Assembly (NCBI GenBank): GCA_036172245.1
Contig: JAYWIR010000048.1
Location: 434,001 to 498,000 of the forward strand
DNA length: 64,000 nucleotides
Source: Raillietiella orientalis
Lineage: Eukaryota
Direction: 5' to 3'
The notes below the pieces were generated by a model. The model was not told the DNA's origin. It saw only the letters and a program-made list of their open reading frames with translations, and ran no database searches. This document shows positions 61,301-64,000 of this stretch, one piece after another; the stretch's first letter is position 1, and each line of letters opens with the position of its first letter. A program made the translations under genes and the position numbers.

Positions 61301-64000
61301 GGTCAGAATTCCACAAAGTCTCCATTTCGACGTCAGAGGCAACTAAAGGAGGGCGTAGCCAAGGGGTCATGCCATTCGCGCGTCTTCGAAAACATCGTAG
61401 GTGTGCATCATCACACACTCGATGAGTGGGCAGACGGAAGATGCAGGCGCAGGCAAGCTGAAGAATGAAGCAGGGCGAACACTTCGTGTTTTATGCTGAG
61501 GCTACTAGCAGACAGGAAGAAAGCAGCAACAAGCGCTAGCAAAGTTGCAACAAACCGGCTCATGAGCTCATAAAACGCTTATGCTGATGGCAACCTTATC
61601 AAACAAGAGTGAAGGTTAGGAAAGCACGGAAAGGCCTACCTTCTGGAGTCATAGAGGGAGGAACGAAGTCCGGAAATGTCCTCAGCACAGTCAGGGCATC
61701 AACGAAATGGGTTCTTCATCTATCTGCTACGATGGTGAGCGGTAATATTACAATTTAGACGGAGACAACGACAGGCGCTGGTGGCGTCATTAACGGGAAC
61801 GAATTTCTCTTCGCAAGTAGAGTCTTCGGGGACAAATCATGATGGCAAAAGTGCAATTCTCCCAATGATGGCTGTTTGAAACAAATAAGAATGGGTGGCA
61901 CACATGAGGGCAAGGTTCCCAAGGTTAGGTCTTTGTGTACAATGGAGGAAGAATGACGAGGGAGATCAAAAACCTTTTCCAGCATCGAAAATTCGATGCT
62001 TAGACCAGTATCGTCTATGGTATCACAGCAACAAGATCACACACTTCTGGGACTGCTGCTAACTTTGGCCTCTGATTATCTCGGGATAATTCACTCAGGA
62101 AAATTTTCCCGCACGTGAAGATCTAGAATGAGATGGCTTAACTCTGGGGATGAAATCCCAATGCTGCAAATTACATTAGTTTAGAGAAAGCAAAAAATTC
62201 AAGAAATGAGATAGCGCTCTCTGCTGAGGTAGCAAGGAATACACTTCTTTTCTGACCGAGCAGTCCTTTCTCGATTCTCCCTAATGCATTCTTTGGTTAG
62301 GTTCGCCTTGTTTTCCCTCCCTCTCTTCAGCAGTGGTTGTCGACCTCAGGCAATGGAACTCGAGAACAAATCGGTTTGCCAAAGGAGAAGAGTTAAAAAT
62401 TTGAAGACCGCGTTCGCCAGCATGGAGGATGTCTGTTCGCGTCCCAACTCCATTGAGCACGAGCACTCCTTGCATCGTCTGTCCATTAAAGCCATAATCG
62501 CTCTTGATTGGGGGTAGCTCAGTGAGAAGTGGGGGTGGGCCCTGACTTGAGCTTCCCTGCTTGCAAGGTACCAAAAAGCTACACCAAGCTTCTATGTAAG
62601 AGTGCAAGAAGAAAGGGAAAATCCCGTTTTCCTTTTTGAGGTACTTTGAGAGACTGCAGCTGAGATGTTTGAGGACCGTTTCGATTCCTCACATTCTGTG
62701 TGGACTGAACTCCGTTCTCTTTACAAAAAAACACATGATAAAAAATTCAGCCTTTTCGTATTCGAATTCCCAGGTTTTTTTTTTTTTTTTAAATTTTATT
62801 TTGAGACGGGATTTCTACTTCTGGCTCTGTAGGGTAATTCTGCACTCCACATGGTCTGTTATTTAGAGTTTTGGTACCCCTATAGAGCATCTCCGATTGC
62901 TTTTCATTATTCATCTCTGATAGAAACACCCACTTCGATGGAATGCGGTTCGGTCGATAACGTCGCCTAAGAATTTAGAGGACAATTATGCTCGGTTCTC
63001 ACGAATTCTCTGTCGTATCCGCCTGAGCGTGCTGGATGGATTCTTCTTCCATGGTCCACCTGTGGAAGAAAGCGAGTGGTAGCCAAGTTCTGAGGCGGAA
63101 ATCCCCGACAAGGAACTTTTTTTCTCTGCAAAATCGTCTTGCCTACACCTCAACGCTTCTCAAGCCACTGAAGAAGTGAGCGCTGCTGTCCACAAGAGTT
63201 GACCGCGAGAAGCTGCCGGTGTCATATCTCTTGCAAGTTTTAAAAGTTCCGTGTTTGTGGGTTTCTCCGTCGCCGCACAGCTGATGCAAGACTCTTGTAC
63301 TCCATTTTTCTTTCCATGGAATGGTGGAGCGCAATCGGTGCTCGGAGAGAGCAGCAGCACGGAAGCCGCGTTGGAAATTTTGGATATTTTTTAAAAAAAA
63401 ACACAGAATGGCCCGGAAACCACAGTGGTTCCGTTCAAGGGGCAGGCATATCCGGGTACAGTTTCCCCCGGGATACGGTGGAACCGGTTGCGCAAACCCC
63501 TGAGGAGACCACAGTCAGGTTTTCTTGTGTTTGAGCAGCGTCTTCATCCCGTACCCCCGTGGGCAGGCAGAAACGCGTTTTCCTCCCTCGGAAATTTGGC
63601 GAAAGTTTCCAATTCATCAGGGTGATGAGCGCGTTGACAGAACAGAGCGGAAAACGATGCGCCAACCCCAAAGGTCGCGCTGATACGTTCGGATCCCATG
63701 GAGATAACGCAGTGACGACACTTATCAACGTACACTAACGAACGCGGAAGCGGTAGGGAACTCGTGTCGCTTCAGCGACTCACCGATATGTTTCCAACGG
63801 GGTTGTCGGATTCTATCGACTGTACTTTCGGTCCATAATCAAGGAAAAATTTCCAAACTTTCTAAGCAGCATCCAGCCACTGAAGCTGATATTCATTGCC
63901 AAACATTCAGGTTTGCTGACTCGTGTCTTCTCCAAACTTGATTCTGATGGATAGGACGAAGATGAGTATACCCAAAGAGAAAGGACACCTCCGCTGAACA

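Noticed and set aside
60900..62100. Mutator-like transposase relic (ENIVGVHH...C motif)
   Set aside because: Too weak; no ordered supporting motifs or TIRs.
63595..63630. Hammerhead ribozyme core (CTGATGA...GAAA on minus strand)
   Set aside because: No helix II or flanking helices can form; other CTGATGA sites also lack a properly placed GAAA.

Overview
Eukaryotic, repeat-dominated window (~50% GC). I can support no intact protein-coding gene, and most ORFs in the supplied track are frame fragments of decayed elements. The host is probably an arthropod (inference). The evidence is an A/C-rich nad6 nuclear-mitochondrial insert that reads through TGA in the invertebrate mitochondrial code, a TTAA-flanked piggyBac-type MITE, and TTAGG-containing repeats. 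Contents: (i) about 14 fragments of an L1/Tx1-like LINE family (ORF1, APE endonuclease, RT, C-terminal zinc finger) sharing a conserved 3' stem-loop; (ii) five copies of a long (~0.9-1 kb) tRNA-headed SINE with an internal array of UUCG/GNRA hairpin repeats; (iii) decayed DNA transposons (two KDZ/Zisupton-like, one THAP-Harbinger/ISL2EU-like, hAT traces, a piggyBac MITE); (iv) two NUMTs (nad6, nad2); (v) a ~1.5 kb fold-back with ~380 bp inverted arms; (vi) several heavily frameshifted relics resembling innate-immune genes (NACHT, LRR, AIG1/septin-like GTPase, Mab-21/cGAS-like, Death-TIR). All protein-family calls come from reading motifs by eye across frames, without database searches, and boundaries are approximate.
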